Below are positions 1 to 12,641 of a stretch of 64,000 nucleotides of DNA, in pieces; position 1 is the stretch's first letter; every line of letters begins with the position of its first letter. The DNA is taken from NCBI RefSeq assembly GCF_001194135.2, contig NC_068982.1:161664799-161728798 (forward strand), given 5' to 3'. The notes below the pieces were generated by a model. The model worked only from the letters and a program-made list of their open reading frames with translations. It did no database searches and was not told where the DNA came from. The position numbers and the translations under genes were made by a program. Origin of the DNA: Octopus bimaculoides (Eukaryota).

Positions 1-1197
1 GCTCTGGAGGATGGCAGGAGAGATACGCTGGAACAGCCAATCCCTTCCTTCTCCCCTGTTCCCAATCATACTGCTCCTATTTCATTCCTCTTTACTTTTC
101 TTCCATCAAGAATCATTATCCACTCTCTCTTCTATTCCTCTTCAGTTCTAGGAGTCACTTTAGGCTCTTAGTCTTGTATGTTACTAGAGCTAGTGCCACA
201 AAAAATGTACACAGTACACTGGTAAAGTGGTTAATGTTAGGAAGGGCATTCAGCTGAAGAAACACTGACACCTCATCACCGCCATCTCTTCTCTCTCTTG
301 CCAGCTGGGGTAGCCATCTATCTCCTCAACAGCAAAACAACTTTTCCTATCTCTCTATCATATTTTAACCTCTCAATGCCTAACATAAAGCTACCTCCCT
401 CAATATTACATCCACACTCAGTTGTGGGGGTCTTATCTTGTGAGTTACTTGGTGACTTCACAAGAGTCAGTGCCATGAAAAAAACTACCAAGTACATTCT
501 GTAAAGTGGTTGACATTAGGAAGGGCATCCAGCCATAGAAACCATGTCAAAGCAGACAACAGAGCATGATATAGTTCTTTGCTTCATCAAATCCTGTTGA
601 ACTGCCCAACCTATGCCAGAATGGAAGAAGGACACTAAATGATGATGATGTTACACACATACACACACACACACACACACACATTATCCTTCAGTTTTTG
701 CTAATCTGAATTAACTTTAAGTTTACTCTATATTGAGACATAGGAAAGAAAACTAGAAGCCATATCTCTAGCAGCAGTTTAGCAGTTGAACACAGCGTTA
801 AGTATAACACATGCAAATCTAAACTGGTGCAGGAGACTATCTAATATATTTTAATACTCTAAAAATGCCTAACAATTCTAAACACTTTTTTTATTCTTTT
901 GCTTTGTTGAAAAGTTGTAGTGTGAACTGAATATTTAAAAATAAACAGCGAAAGATCACCTCAAGGCTTCAAACAATGGGTTGTTTATACACATTTGACA
1001 AAGTATTTATGATCTATATCTAATGAATTTTTACTTAACAAATGGAATATTTTTGCTTATCATAAAGTGATGTGTATGTGTACGTGCATGCATGTGTGTG
1101 TGTGCATGTGTGTGTATGTACATGTATGTTTGTTAGTATGTACTGTGTGTTTTTAAATACTATTTTCCTGATGTGTGCGTGTGTGTATGTGTATGTG

Positions 1198-1204
<7 letters not shown>

Positions 1205-1270
<66 letters not shown>
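1205..1270. repeat. (TA)n microsatellite
   Basis: Direct reading; one of more than 20 similar tracts. Confidence 0.97.
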
Positions 1271-1276
<6 letters not shown>

Positions 1277-1909
1277 GTATATATATTGTTTATTCCTTCT
1301 TTCTTAATCTGTTACAGTGTTTGATTGTATTGTGGTGAATATGCCTATTGATGGAGTTATATTTTTCAATCTGCAAAACTAGTGCAGCAGCTGCCACTTT
1401 TAATAGATGTATGTGGTGCAGTGACTGTCAGTTGTAATAGAAGCTAACTGTTGGAAATCATTGATAAAACTTCCTGATTCCACAATGATGTACACTTCAC
1501 AGAACACTCTATCCATTGACTTATAATGAAAACTGTACTTGACTTGTAGTTAATATAAACTAAACCCCACAGTTTTATATATATTTGCCACATACAGCCT
1601 GTAAACAACAAACTTATCTTTTCCACATTTATTCATCAGTTAATGGTTGTGCTAACGTCCTATAAACTGTTGTATTGTTGGGATATTGCAACCATTGGGA
1701 GAACAGCCATATGAAATTGGACTCAAAATACTTGATTTGTCTTCAATAATCCACAGAGAGAAGGAGAGTGACATGATATATGCCTATATGGCTGCTACTG
1801 CTGCTGCTACTTCTGCTGCTGCTGCTGATCCCCCCCTGCTCCTCCTCCTCTCCTCCTGCTCCTCCTGCTCCTCCTCCTCCACCACCACCACCCTCCTCCG
1901 CTTCCTCCT

Positions 1910-1912
<3 letters not shown>

Positions 1913-1972
<60 letters not shown>
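1913..1972. repeat. (CAT)n microsatellite, tail of a minus-strand GAT-tailed repeat
   Basis: Followed by gtttaatgtccgccttccatgctggca, the family 3' end. Confidence 0.95.
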
Positions 1973-1973
<1 letters not shown>

Positions 1974-2664
1974 GTTTAATGTCCGCCTTCCATGCTGGCA
2001 TATATGTCTGTATATAGGTATGCATGCATGTATGTATGTATGTATATATCTATGTGCATGTGCCTTTGTGTTTGTGTTTATCCATTGCCACCACCTCACA
2101 ACTGATGTTGGTTTGCTTACATCTCTCATAACTTAGCAGTTCAGCAAAAAAAATTAATAGAATGAGTACCAGACTTTAAAAAATCTACTGGGGTTAATTT
2201 GTTTAACTAAAACCCTTCAGGGCTGCAGTCCAATGATTGAAACAAGTAAAAGATAGAAACTAAAGATAAAAAAGGCTACATGGTTTATAGATTATTGCAT
2301 ATTGACAGAAGAACAGTAAAACAAAGAACATGAAAGATATATTTCTCATGATAATTATTGTAAATATTCAGTGAAATATTTTTCTTTTTTTTTTTTCTCA
2401 AAATAGCTACTCTTATTTCTTTTTCTTTTTGCTTTAATACAAGAATATTGTAGGCAGCATAATGCAGGTTTTGAAACAGAGGGTGTGTGGAAATTTACAC
2501 TGAGGAAAATCTGAACATTGTTCCATCAAATAAATGCCATATGTTTTAATGTCACTATTTCTACATTTATAAACAGTGCAGAAAATAGAAAGTATGGCAG
2601 TATATTAATAGCATACCATGGTGATTTATGTACATGGTGTGCATGTATATGTGTGTGTGTGTAA

Positions 2665-2722
<58 letters not shown>

Positions 2723-2740
2723 ATACATATATACATACAT

Positions 2741-2839
<99 letters not shown>

Positions 2840-2961
2840 TACATTTACACATACACATACACACATGTGCACCATGTATACACACACACACACATACATA
2901 TGTATATATATACATGCAAACCAGTGCCCTAATGACTGCCAATTTGATCTCTCTCTTTCTC

Positions 2962-3011
<50 letters not shown>

Positions 3012-3153
3012 TCCCTCTCTCTCTCTCCCCTCTCCCTCTCTCTGTTTCTGTATCTTATAAGTTATTTGGGTTTGGCATTGGCATGGACAAGTTTATTGCA
3101 ATATTCCATATCTTGTCTCAATAGTCACTTAGGTGATGCTATATATTTTAGAT

Positions 3154-3402
3154 CAGTGGTTTTCAACCATTTTTTTTACCAATGGACCCCTTTGATTCCT
3201 ATTTTACTTGGGTAGACACTCATAGTCATCCGATGTCTAAAAAAATCCTATTATATTTTTATGATTAAATATTATTAGGAACTGTATGAAAAATTACTAA
3301 AATATTTTGTGCATTATAGAACCAATTTATTGCACCTAAACTTTGACAACAAAATCCTACTTACATCTCGAGAACCATATGGACCCTAGTTGAGAATCAC
3401 TG
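3154..3402. mobile_element. hAT-family (Charlie-like) MITE
   Basis: Imperfect TIRs CAGTGGTTTTCAAC...GTTGAGAATCACTG; perfect 8-bp TSD TTTTAGAT at 3146-3153 and 3403-3410; subterminal GGACCC motifs. Confidence 0.9.
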
Positions 3403-3620
3403 TTTTAGATGAAAGAGAACTGACATCAGTAGACATGTTTCTCTACCTGGACAACACACACAATCATTCTTAGATGGTGAAATATCTCTAAGGATTCATA
3501 AAGTAACTAGAACCTTTAGGGCTCTTGAGTCTGATGTCTGCTTCCAATGTGGTTTCATGAGGTTCATAAAAGTTAATATGTAGCATGGCAGTGCATTAGC
3601 TTTCATTCTTTATTTTTGTC

Positions 3621-4018
3621 AATAGAAGAAACATTGTGCTTCTCCATGATAACGCAAGACTACATTCTTGAAGGATCACACAGGATAAAATATTGGATTT
3701 GTGCTGGTGTGTTCTACTCCAGCCACAATATTCACTGGATCTTGCACCAACTTATTTCCATCTTCTCTCTCTACAAAATTCTCTGACAGGGAAAAAATTT
3801 TCTCAAGAAAATCAGGTGAAAATGTGTGTGGAAAGCTTCTTCATGTTGAGGCCAGCTGAATTTTACTTCAGAAGAATCAAAAAGCTACCTGATAAATGGC
3901 AAAAGGTCATTCAAAATAATGGCAACTATACTGATAATTGAAAATAATTCGTTGTAAAATTATTTCATGAGCAAAGGTATTTAACAGAATCGGAAATTAT
4001 TTATGACTCAATCCAATA
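3621..4018 (+). mobile_element. mariner (DD34D) transposon, 3' half remnant
   Basis: Translates to IVLLHDNAR...QPQYSLDLAPTYFHL...KKLPDKWQKVIQNNGNY, degenerate versions of the mariner LHDNARPH, HPPYSPDLAPSD and RWQKV motifs; followed by a TIR-like end and TA. Confidence 0.88.
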
Positions 4019-4759
4019 AGTGCGGAACAGAAAACAAAACCTGCCAAACTGAGAAATAAATGCTTTTGACTACAAACAATGGAGAAAAGGAATAAAGAAT
4101 GATGTGAATATTTAAAAAAAAAATATGCTTTTACCTTGCAAAATTGAAGTGAGCTGTGAGATAATGCACAATTTTTCAAAGTGAGAGGAATAAGCTTGGC
4201 CAGTGATTTGTGTAGTTATGTTTGTTTTTCCAAAGATTAGATCATTAGACAAAAGATTGGGTAAGATGCAATACATGTCAGAAGGTTTGTAAATCTATTT
4301 GTAGCTCAAGAAGGTACAGTGATACACATCAAAATACCCTTCTGTATACAGATTTGTACATTGCATACATGGCTTTGTTTGAATGATAATAGGTAAGAGA
4401 GGATGTTAAAGATTAGATACAGCAGCACTCAGAGGAATCTCAGAATACAGGAAGATATCTGGAGGCATAGATAGGGGTGACTGGTGAAAAATAATGTGGA
4501 AAAGGATGATATTGAGAATGTGGGATGAATTTTAAAAGAAAGTGGTTCCAAGGAGAGGGAGAGGTAACCGGTAGCACAAACGTCAATGAAATATGTGCAT
4601 ATTCTGCTTTCGTATTATAGCAGCTGAATAGTGACATAGTTAGAATAGTGAAGGGGTGGATGTTAAGTAAATGAGAGGTGGTAAAACCTTGACAGGAACA
4701 GATTAGGTGCAAGGGAAGGTGCAAGTGAGTGTATAGATATAAAAATAATGCTTTTAGAA

Positions 4760-5517
4760 CCTCACTATCATCATCAAGACAGCTGTGTCTTCTCAAATAC
4801 AGCAAATAACCAATTGTCTCAGTCTTTTGTCATCTTTTCTCTGAGGTTCAACATCTTGAGATCAGCCTTTATAACCTGCTCCTATGTCTTCCTGGGTCTC
4901 CTTCTTCCACAAAATCTAACCTTATTTAATGATCAGTACTTCTTTATATAGCTGTTCGCATTCATACACATCACACGATCATACCAGCATGCTACACTTG
5001 ATTCCTCTTATGCTCAATCTTTCTCTCAGCACATTTGCCTGTTGTCGTATATTGACACTGCATATCCAACTAGTTTCATTCCTTTCTAGTCTTCACATAT
5101 CCTCTACATTCAGGACACATGTCTCACTACTATGTAGCATTGCTATTCGTATGCGAGCATCCTACAATCTGCCTTTCATGCTGAGAGAAAGACCTTTTCT
5201 TATCAACAGAAGTAAGAGCTCTCTGAAATTTCTCCATTCTGTCTAGCAACTTTACATTTAGAGCATTCTCTCCCATTGCTAATTTGGTTGCTTAGGTAAC
5301 AGAAACTATCTACTACCTGTAGGGAATCGCATGGCCGTTCATGAAAATTTATTTCTTGTGTGTTCTTTAAGTTTATTTCTCCTATGCATCTACTACACAC
5401 AAAGTCAACTTTCTCTGTTAACCTTCCTATAATTCTATTGCAGGTCTTGTGTGTCCATAGCTTGCACTGAGTACACCATATGGTATTTCTACTTTCACCT
5501 TTTGTACATACCAAGCA
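4760..5517 (-). mobile_element. RTE-clade LINE, 3' ORF remnant (PHD-like insert plus RT thumb)
   Basis: CLVCTKG...CTQCKLWTHKTC...FVCSRC then LQVVDSFCYLSNQIS; collinear with the RTE copy at 40054-41170; stops and frameshifts downstream. Confidence 0.85.
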
Positions 5518-5522
5518 GCTTG

Positions 5523-5815
5523 GCACATGGTTAGTGGTTAGGGTATTCAGTTCATGATCATATGGTTGTGAGTTTGACACCTGACAGCTTGTTGTCTCCT
5601 TTGGCAAGGCACTTTATTTCATGTTGCTCCAGTCCACTCAAATGGCAAAAGCTGTAATTCAAAGGGCCAGCCTTATCACATTCTGTATCATGGTGAATCT
5701 CCATGAGAGCTACATTAATGGTATGCATGTCAGTGGAGTGCTCAGTCACTTGTATGTTAAATTCATGAGCAGGCTGTTCTGTTGATTGGATCAACTGGAA
5801 CATTCATCATCATAA
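5523..5815 (+). mobile_element. degenerate tRNA-derived SINE
   Basis: A-box-like TGGTTAGTGGTTAGG head; 3' part is the reverse complement of the SINE at 12010-12598 (ggatcaactggaac, gagtgctcagtcacttg). Confidence 0.7.
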
Positions 5816-6605
5816 GCAATAGAGAGCCAGCTAGGGTAGGCATACTGAGCAGGGCCATTTTCCTGAAGGGGGTAGAGTACGAATGCACATATCTAACATG
5901 GTTTCCATATAGTTACCATAATTTGTGTAAATGATGTAACAGCCAGTGATAAATTCCTAAATAGTACAAAAATATATATAATAAGTCAGGTGATTATAGT
6001 AGATTAGTAGATATGGACCCTTAGTATTCTCCCAAACCACTGCCATAACATGCCTTCTACTTAGAAAGATTAGATCAATATTTAAAAAATAAGTAGTGAC
6101 ATGTATAAAATGACTCTAAAATGTATTTCTCTACTATTCTTTCTTTTTGTTCTTTTTCATTCTTCTCAAAAAGAAATGTTTTTTCAAAAGTAATATGAAA
6201 CATGCTTAGGTTTATTCTAATTTATTCCTCCCATGAGACATGCTTTGCATTTTTGAAGAAACATAAAAGAAATTGTAAAGCTTAATCTGATCATACAAGA
6301 TTGCTTAGTGATTTTTCCTCATATTACAATGGTTTAATTTATTCTGGGCTCTGTTCAGTTCCTGAAAAATATCCAGTTCATTGTCATTCAGTCAAGTGTC
6401 AAACACTATTGTGAATTTTCAAATAGTGTAAACAACACAACTGTAATTGATATTATAATTAATGTTACAACATTATAGTTAGTAGGTGGAGATAGTTGAC
6501 ATCTTTTACTCGCAATTTATACTGTATATTTTGTCAAGAAACATGATAAAAAACATGTTTAAACAAGCTTTTTTTTATTTTCATAATAAAAGGTGTAAGT
6601 AAAAA

Positions 6606-6700
6606 TTCCATGTTGTGTACTCAGTGCAAGCTATGGAGACACAAGAGGTGGTGTGTAATCACAGGAAAGTTAACAGAGAAAGTAAACTTTGAATGTGGCT
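6606..6700 (+). mobile_element. short RTE LINE fragment (PHD-like finger)
   Basis: CTQCKLWRHKRWC..TGKLTEKVNFECG, homologous to 5386-5517 and 40432-40573. Confidence 0.75.
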
Positions 6701-7993
6701 CTTGTGTGAAATGCCAGCATTCTAAAATCTACAGGCACATTCGTGCTCCTCTTGGACAGTTTTCTCCACCAGAGACTTGCTTTCGCCATGTCCACATTGA
6801 TCTGGTTGGACCATGGCCTTTCAGTCATGGGTTCTCTTACATGTTGACATGAGTTGATTGTTTCTCTTGTTGGCCTGAAGCCATTCCAATAGTGAACATT
6901 TCCGCTGAGTCATTTGCTCAAGCTTTCTTTTCTAACTGGATTGCTTGCTTTGGTGTCCCAGCTAAAATAAATAACCACTGATCGTGGATGCCAGTTTGAA
7001 GCTTCCTTATTTCGTGAATTGTCGCGAATCCTAGGCGTCCATCACATTCGTATGACCAGCTACCATCCAGGATGGTTGAACACTTTCACAGGCAACTGAA
7101 GGCTGCTATACGTGCCACTCCTGATCCACAGTCTTGGACAGAATTCCTGCCTACCATTCTTCTTGGTTGTCGCACTGCTGTTAAAACAGTCTTAGGTTTC
7201 TCCTCTGCTGAACTCCTTTACGGTACCATCCTGGCACTCCCTGGCACAATGTTGGTGCTAGACAATTCATCGCGTCCTGATCCAATGTCGTATGTCACCA
7301 GACTTCGCTCGTATTTCTCAAGTCTTCCACCCATGCATTCGTGTAACCGGACATTGACAAATGGACTCACGTTTTTGTTCGGGATGATTCTGTCAAGGGG
7401 CCTCTTGTTTCTCCTTATAAAGGACCATTTCGTGTGCTATTGTGCACACCCAAAACTTTTAGTCTCGACATCAATAGTCGGGCAGAGACCGTGTTGGTCA
7501 ACAGACTTAAGAGGGCACATTTTGAGGAGTCCACACCCTTTGAAGACACCCCAAACACGCCCACCTTTGATCCTTTACAACCACCTACACATCCACCTGC
7601 ACATGCACCTTTGACCACACCATCACCTATGCCTCCACCTTCATCGCCACTTCCTAACATGAACAAACCCTATATCACCAGGACAGGCCGCACTGTGCAT
7701 TGGCCCAAAAAACTCACTAGAACTATTTACATCTAACTTTTTTCTTTTTTCTTCCTGTGACTGACAATTGTTTCTCATGTGCTGAGAATACTAATGCCTT
7801 GTCATTGAACTCTGTAAAATAATATTTTGTGCATGCTCATGTTATATTGCTCAAGATTATTTTTTCTCAATTTCACATTTTGTATTATATTTTGTACCAC
7901 ATCTTGTTGTTTGTGATCGGTGGCCATCTCTGCTTTCTTGTGCATGCTCCAGTCATTCTAATTTTTGCACTGGTATTCTCAGCGGGGAGCCCC
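6701..7993 (+). mobile_element. Ty3/Gypsy LTR retrotransposon, integrase region and 3' UTR (5' truncated, disrupted)
   Basis: CQHSKIYRH..., [44 protein letters not shown] (GPY/F) motifs with a stop and frameshifts; PPT-like AGCGGGGAG at 7981 just before the LTR. Confidence 0.93.
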
Positions 7994-8419
7994 TGTAGTG
8001 TGACACAAGAAGCCAGCGCCATTTTGTGCGAGATCTCGCTAGCAGCCATTACTGTCTGAGACAAGAGCGAGATCTCGCTGACAACCATGTTTGCCATGTA
8101 TAAGACCACAGCGAGGCTCTTGTGGGCAATATCTATTTAAGGAGGTGTATTGAGCAACCTGTCCTCTTCTCTTGCATTGGCACTCACGTTGAACAACACT
8201 GCAACCTTGCAGCTCACAGCGGATTCTTAACCTGCTCTATCTTTACCTGTTATCTCCAGAGGTAATGTACCTCTCACAAATGGAGCTAATGAACTACGTG
8301 CTGACACATAATTGGTCGCCGGGAGCAAGCCCCATGAAATGAGAACCAAATAAACAACCATTGTATTGCATTCGCTTGTAAGCCTCTTCTTCTTCGAGTT
8401 CCAGAATCCTAAGACTACA
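7994..8419 (+). mobile_element. 3' LTR of the Gypsy element (426 bp)
   Basis: Begins TGTAGT and ends ACTACA (6-bp inverted termini, TG...CA), directly after the PPT; AATAAA near 8348. Confidence 0.88.
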
Positions 8420-10034
8420 AAAAAATAATTGTAATGGGTGAAGGAGATACTCCACAGGTATCAGGAGCCTTCTAGCCCCATTATAGATTCATAATTAAAA
8501 ATCAAGAACAAATATTACAAGACATTTGTTTGATGTTCCCACAATTCTGCCATTCTACTACCCAATGGTTTCTTTACTTGCTACCTGAACAACAAATAAA
8601 ATGACATTACAAGAGAATAAATTACGAAAACTATTGGCATTTTATATTGAGTATGAGAAAACATGCATGAGAACCAGCACAAACAATGATTAATTATAAT
8701 GTCATTAACAATTGTATTATTAGTGTGTGTGTGTATGTGTGTGTTTGTGTGTGGTGTGTGTGTCTGTGTGTCTGTGTCTGTGTGAGAGAAGGAATGAACA
8801 GAAGTAATATAGACCCCAGGTGCCCTAGCACAGACAACCAATCTAAGAGAACAGTAATTCTGCATATGAATATTTGAAAGAAACTAGTGAAGATTTTAGT
8901 CATACCACAAACAATATTTCTAGTGTTGGTGGTACAATAAAATGCTCCCAGTCCACACTGTAGTATAACCAGTGATAGAAACGGTTTTCAAACATAAGAA
9001 GAACCTTTCTAAAGACTTTACATACACTCTGTTATATGTGCCTGATGACAAAGGGCTATGATGAGAGGTAAGACACTATGAGCCCAGTCCAACCCATGTT
9101 AGTAAGGAAAAGTGGATGTAAAATTATGAAGAAGATAAAATTGAGTAAAGCTTCATTTCTCTGTGATACCTTTCAATAATGGTTGTATGGGAAATACAAG
9201 AAACATGTAAAGAAATACACAAATCACCAGTGTAAGGTAAAGGGGACAATAAAGCATTGAGAATGATGTGAATAAGACATGAAGAGTAGATAAGATGACA
9301 TTTCTTAAGACAATGATAATAAATGACATAAAAGTTAAATATCAAAGTGGTTGATCAGATCATTATAGAATTGCTAACTGTGGTATAAAATTGACATGAC
9401 AGTAAAATATTACAGCTCTATCTATGGTGAAAACCCTATTAATATCTTTTAAAGAAAAATCAATACCAAGGAAAGGTTTACCATGTGAATGTAGTTTTAA
9501 GACTTATGAATAAAATATGGAGAAAACTGCCAGTGGCAACAGGATTTTTATATCTGTTTTTCCATGCTGGTATAGATTAGTCAGTAAAAGATAACAGCTT
9601 CTGCTTGTGTAAAGCTGCATGAGGGAACTGACTTCAGATTCCTGTACTTTAGCTGTAATTTAGATTAATGAATTTATATAGAATTAAAAAGGGAATTAAA
9701 GGATAAGTGGAAACAAAATCTTTAATAAATATTAAATATAATTGTAAATGATAAAATATATCAAGTTTTGAAAAGTACAGGAAACTAATAAGCAAAAGTA
9801 AATTTATTTCTTCACAGGTGAAGATTTTCCAATTATCAGATATTATACGGACCACTGTCACTGTTACATCTTAATGTCTCAGATATCATACAGACTAGTA
9901 TTACTGATACATCTACATATCTCAAATATCCCACTGATCAATATCACTGATTCCTTGGTTAGTATGACACATGAGATATTAAGGAGGTGTTTCGTTTTTG
10001 TTCATATACTTCCATACTCCCAGTTTCTCATACA

Positions 10035-10234
10035 ATTATAGTTACTATAGCAATATCTTTCACAATACCAGTACTTCATAAAAAGTTTAGTAATCCCTCC
10101 TACTCCACATTCTTGCTATCTCTACATTACCATATCATAATACTGTGTGAAAATATCCTCATTTATGTGAGGATGTCCTTGCTTATGTCATTGGTTATTC
10201 AGTATCTCTGTCTGTATCTCCATCCATTGCCTTA
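10035..10234. repeat. inverted repeat, left arm (partner 12642-12841)
   Basis: 200 bp; manual alignment to the reverse complement of 12642-12841 shows 9 substitutions and no indels. Confidence 0.95.
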
Positions 10235-10924
10235 AGTTTCTTTTCATTATCATTATCATCAATGTCCTCCTCCTCCTCCTCCATCACCATCACCATCATC
10301 ATCATGAAATGGGTGAAATACCTCAGGGGTATATTCAGCATGCAAAATACACATATGGTAAAGTCACACACATGTAATACATTGTGACAAAAAGCTTTGA
10401 GCATCTAAGATTATTCTTGTAATTAAAAGTCAAAAACTCCCTTTAGAGGTATTTCAAATCTTAAAAGAATAAGCAAAAAAAAAAAAAAAAAAATCCAATA
10501 GTATCAGCTAATCCTAATTTTTGCCAAAATAAAGACAACACGTTTAGGAGTGAATCTTATCTTTAAATATCAACTAATCCAAAAATTTGAATTGCCTATG
10601 TTATTGGAATTAATCCTCTTGTTTGTTGGAATTTTTTGTCTTCTAATTACAAGCATAATCTGGATAAATCAAAGCTTTTCAATTCCTTATATTATGTATG
10701 TGAAGCTCTACAGTATATGCATTAATAAAGTGACAAGTTTTCTTTATTTGGGTCAAGACTGTGCCAGGGATTTGTAAATATATGAATGAGAGTTAATGTG
10801 TGTGTATATGTACATGTATATGTGAATATAACCAGATGGTTAAGAAGTTTGCTTTGAAACCAAGAGGTCATGGTTTCAATCCTAGTGTGTGGTATCTTGG
10901 GTAAATGTCATTTTCTATAATCTC

Positions 10925-11410
10925 ATCATCATCATTGTCATCATTGTCATCATCATTTAATGTCCATTTTCCATGCTGGTATGGGTTGGATAGCTTTTCA
11001 GGAACTGGCTAGGCCAGGGGCCACACCAGGTTCCATAGTCTGTTTTTGGTTTGGTTTGTATGGCTGGATATCCTTCCTAATGCCAACTACTTTACAGAAT
11101 GTACTGAGTGCTTTTTACATGACACCAGCACCAGTGGTTTTTACATGGAACCAGCACCCACACCAATGATTTTTATGTGGAACGTTGGTTTTAGGATCTC
11201 GATTCTGTTGTGGTGGGCAGGTTTTCTTGAGTACAGTAGTGTGCCACATCTCCTTTGTAATGCTCAGTTTTTTTAGATCAGTCTTCAATATTTCATCCAA
11301 AGTATTCCTGGGCTTCCTTCTTTCACGACTTCTCGTCACTTTAAGTGATTGGCACTTCTTTATGCAATTGTCCTCATCCATCTGCATTTCAACGCATACC
11401 TTGTAAAGGA
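10925..11410 (-). mobile_element. RTE LINE 3' ORF end joined to the (GAT)n-tailed 3' repeat
   Basis: RSRERRKPRNTLDEILKTDLKKL (GRPRKTW.EVV..DL motif) runs into the gtagttggcattaggaagg...atggaaaatggacattaaatgatgat repeat on the same strand. Confidence 0.8.
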
Positions 11411-11461
11411 ATTTGGGTCAATGGAAACTGTATACAAGCCTGTTAGATGGATTCATCATCG

Positions 11462-11503
<42 letters not shown>

Positions 11504-11504
11504 A

Positions 11505-11543
<39 letters not shown>

Positions 11544-12009
11544 TTAACATCTGTTGTCCATACTGGCATGGGTTCGATGGTGTGACCAGAGCTGGCAAGA
11601 CGGTGGGATGCACCAGACTCCAGTCTGATTTGGTTTGGTTTCTACGGCTGAATGTCCTTCCTAATGCCAACCACTTTACATAGTGTGGTGGATGATTTTA
11701 TGTGGCACCACATGGACACTTTTATGTGATGCTGCACAAGTGCTTTTACATGATGCTGCACATGCTGTACAAGCATATTTATGCATTGCTACATGAGCGC
11801 TTTTACATGTCACCACATGGGCACAGTTACGTGTTGCTACATGGCCACTTTTACATGGCACTGCCATCGGAAATTCAAAAGTACAGCCATGTCACACAGT
11901 GTCTTGCTAATTCTACCTGAGAATCACAGGAGGGGTACATGCATTTGTTTAATGATCAGTCATGTACCAGTTAATCTAATGAGCAGGTAATTTTAGTTGA
12001 CTACTGAAT

Positions 12010-12598
12010 TTGTTGTTGTTGTTGTTGGCACTTCGTCGCTTATGACGTCGAGGGTTCCAGTTGATCCGATCAACGGAACAGCCTGCTCGTGAAATTAACA
12101 TGCAAGTGGCTGAGCACTCCACAGACAGGTATACCCTTAACGTAGTTCTCGGGGATATTCAGCGTGACACAGTGTGACAAGGCCGACCCTTTGAATTACA
12201 GGCACAACAGAAACAGGAAGTAAGAGTGAGAGAAAGTTGTGGTGAAAGAGTACAGCAGGGTTCGCCACCATCCCCTGCNNNNNNNNNNTTAACATGCAAG
12301 TGGCTGAGCACTCCACAGACAGGTATACCCTTAACGTAGTTCTCGGGGATATTCAGCGTGACACAGTGTGACAAGGCCGACCCTTTGAATTACAGGCACA
12401 ACAGAAACAGGAAGTAAGAGTGAGAGAAAGTTGTGGTGAAAGAGTACAGCAGGGTTCGCCACCATCCCCTGCTGGAGTCTCGTGGAGCTTTATGTGTTTT
12501 CGCTCAATAAACACTCACAACGCCCAGTCTGGTAATCGAAACCGCGATCCTATGACCGTGAGTCCATTGTCCTAACTACTGGGCTATTGCGCCTCCAC
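12010..12598 (-). mobile_element. tRNA-derived SINE with TSD (inner part duplicated across an N gap)
   Basis: Minus-strand head GGCGCAATAGCCCAGTAGTTAGG...GGTTTCGATTACC (A/B-box like), (CAA)n tail, 12-bp TSD TGACTACTGAAT at 11998-12009 and 12599-12610. Confidence 0.88.
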
Positions 12599-12641
12599 TG
12601 ACTACTGAATACTCATAGTTGAAACTAATAGAGAGGAAACG

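Noticed and set aside
1072-3215. Many ORFs with YI, CV, HT, poly-S/D/M runs here and throughout the window
   Set aside because: Translations of (TA)n, (TG)n, (CA)n and (CAT)n microsatellites that lack stops by composition
9818-9957. AG...GT-bounded open segment (GEDFPIIRYY...)
   Set aside because: Peptide is not recognisable and such site pairs are frequent by chance in AT-rich DNA
12099-12470. Exact ~180-bp direct duplication of SINE sequence
   Set aside because: The two copies flank a 10-N gap and lie within a single TSD pair; most likely unmerged overlapping contig ends, not biology
12500-12598. tRNA gene
   Set aside because: The tRNA-like head continues into a SINE body with a tail and TSD; no complete cloverleaf
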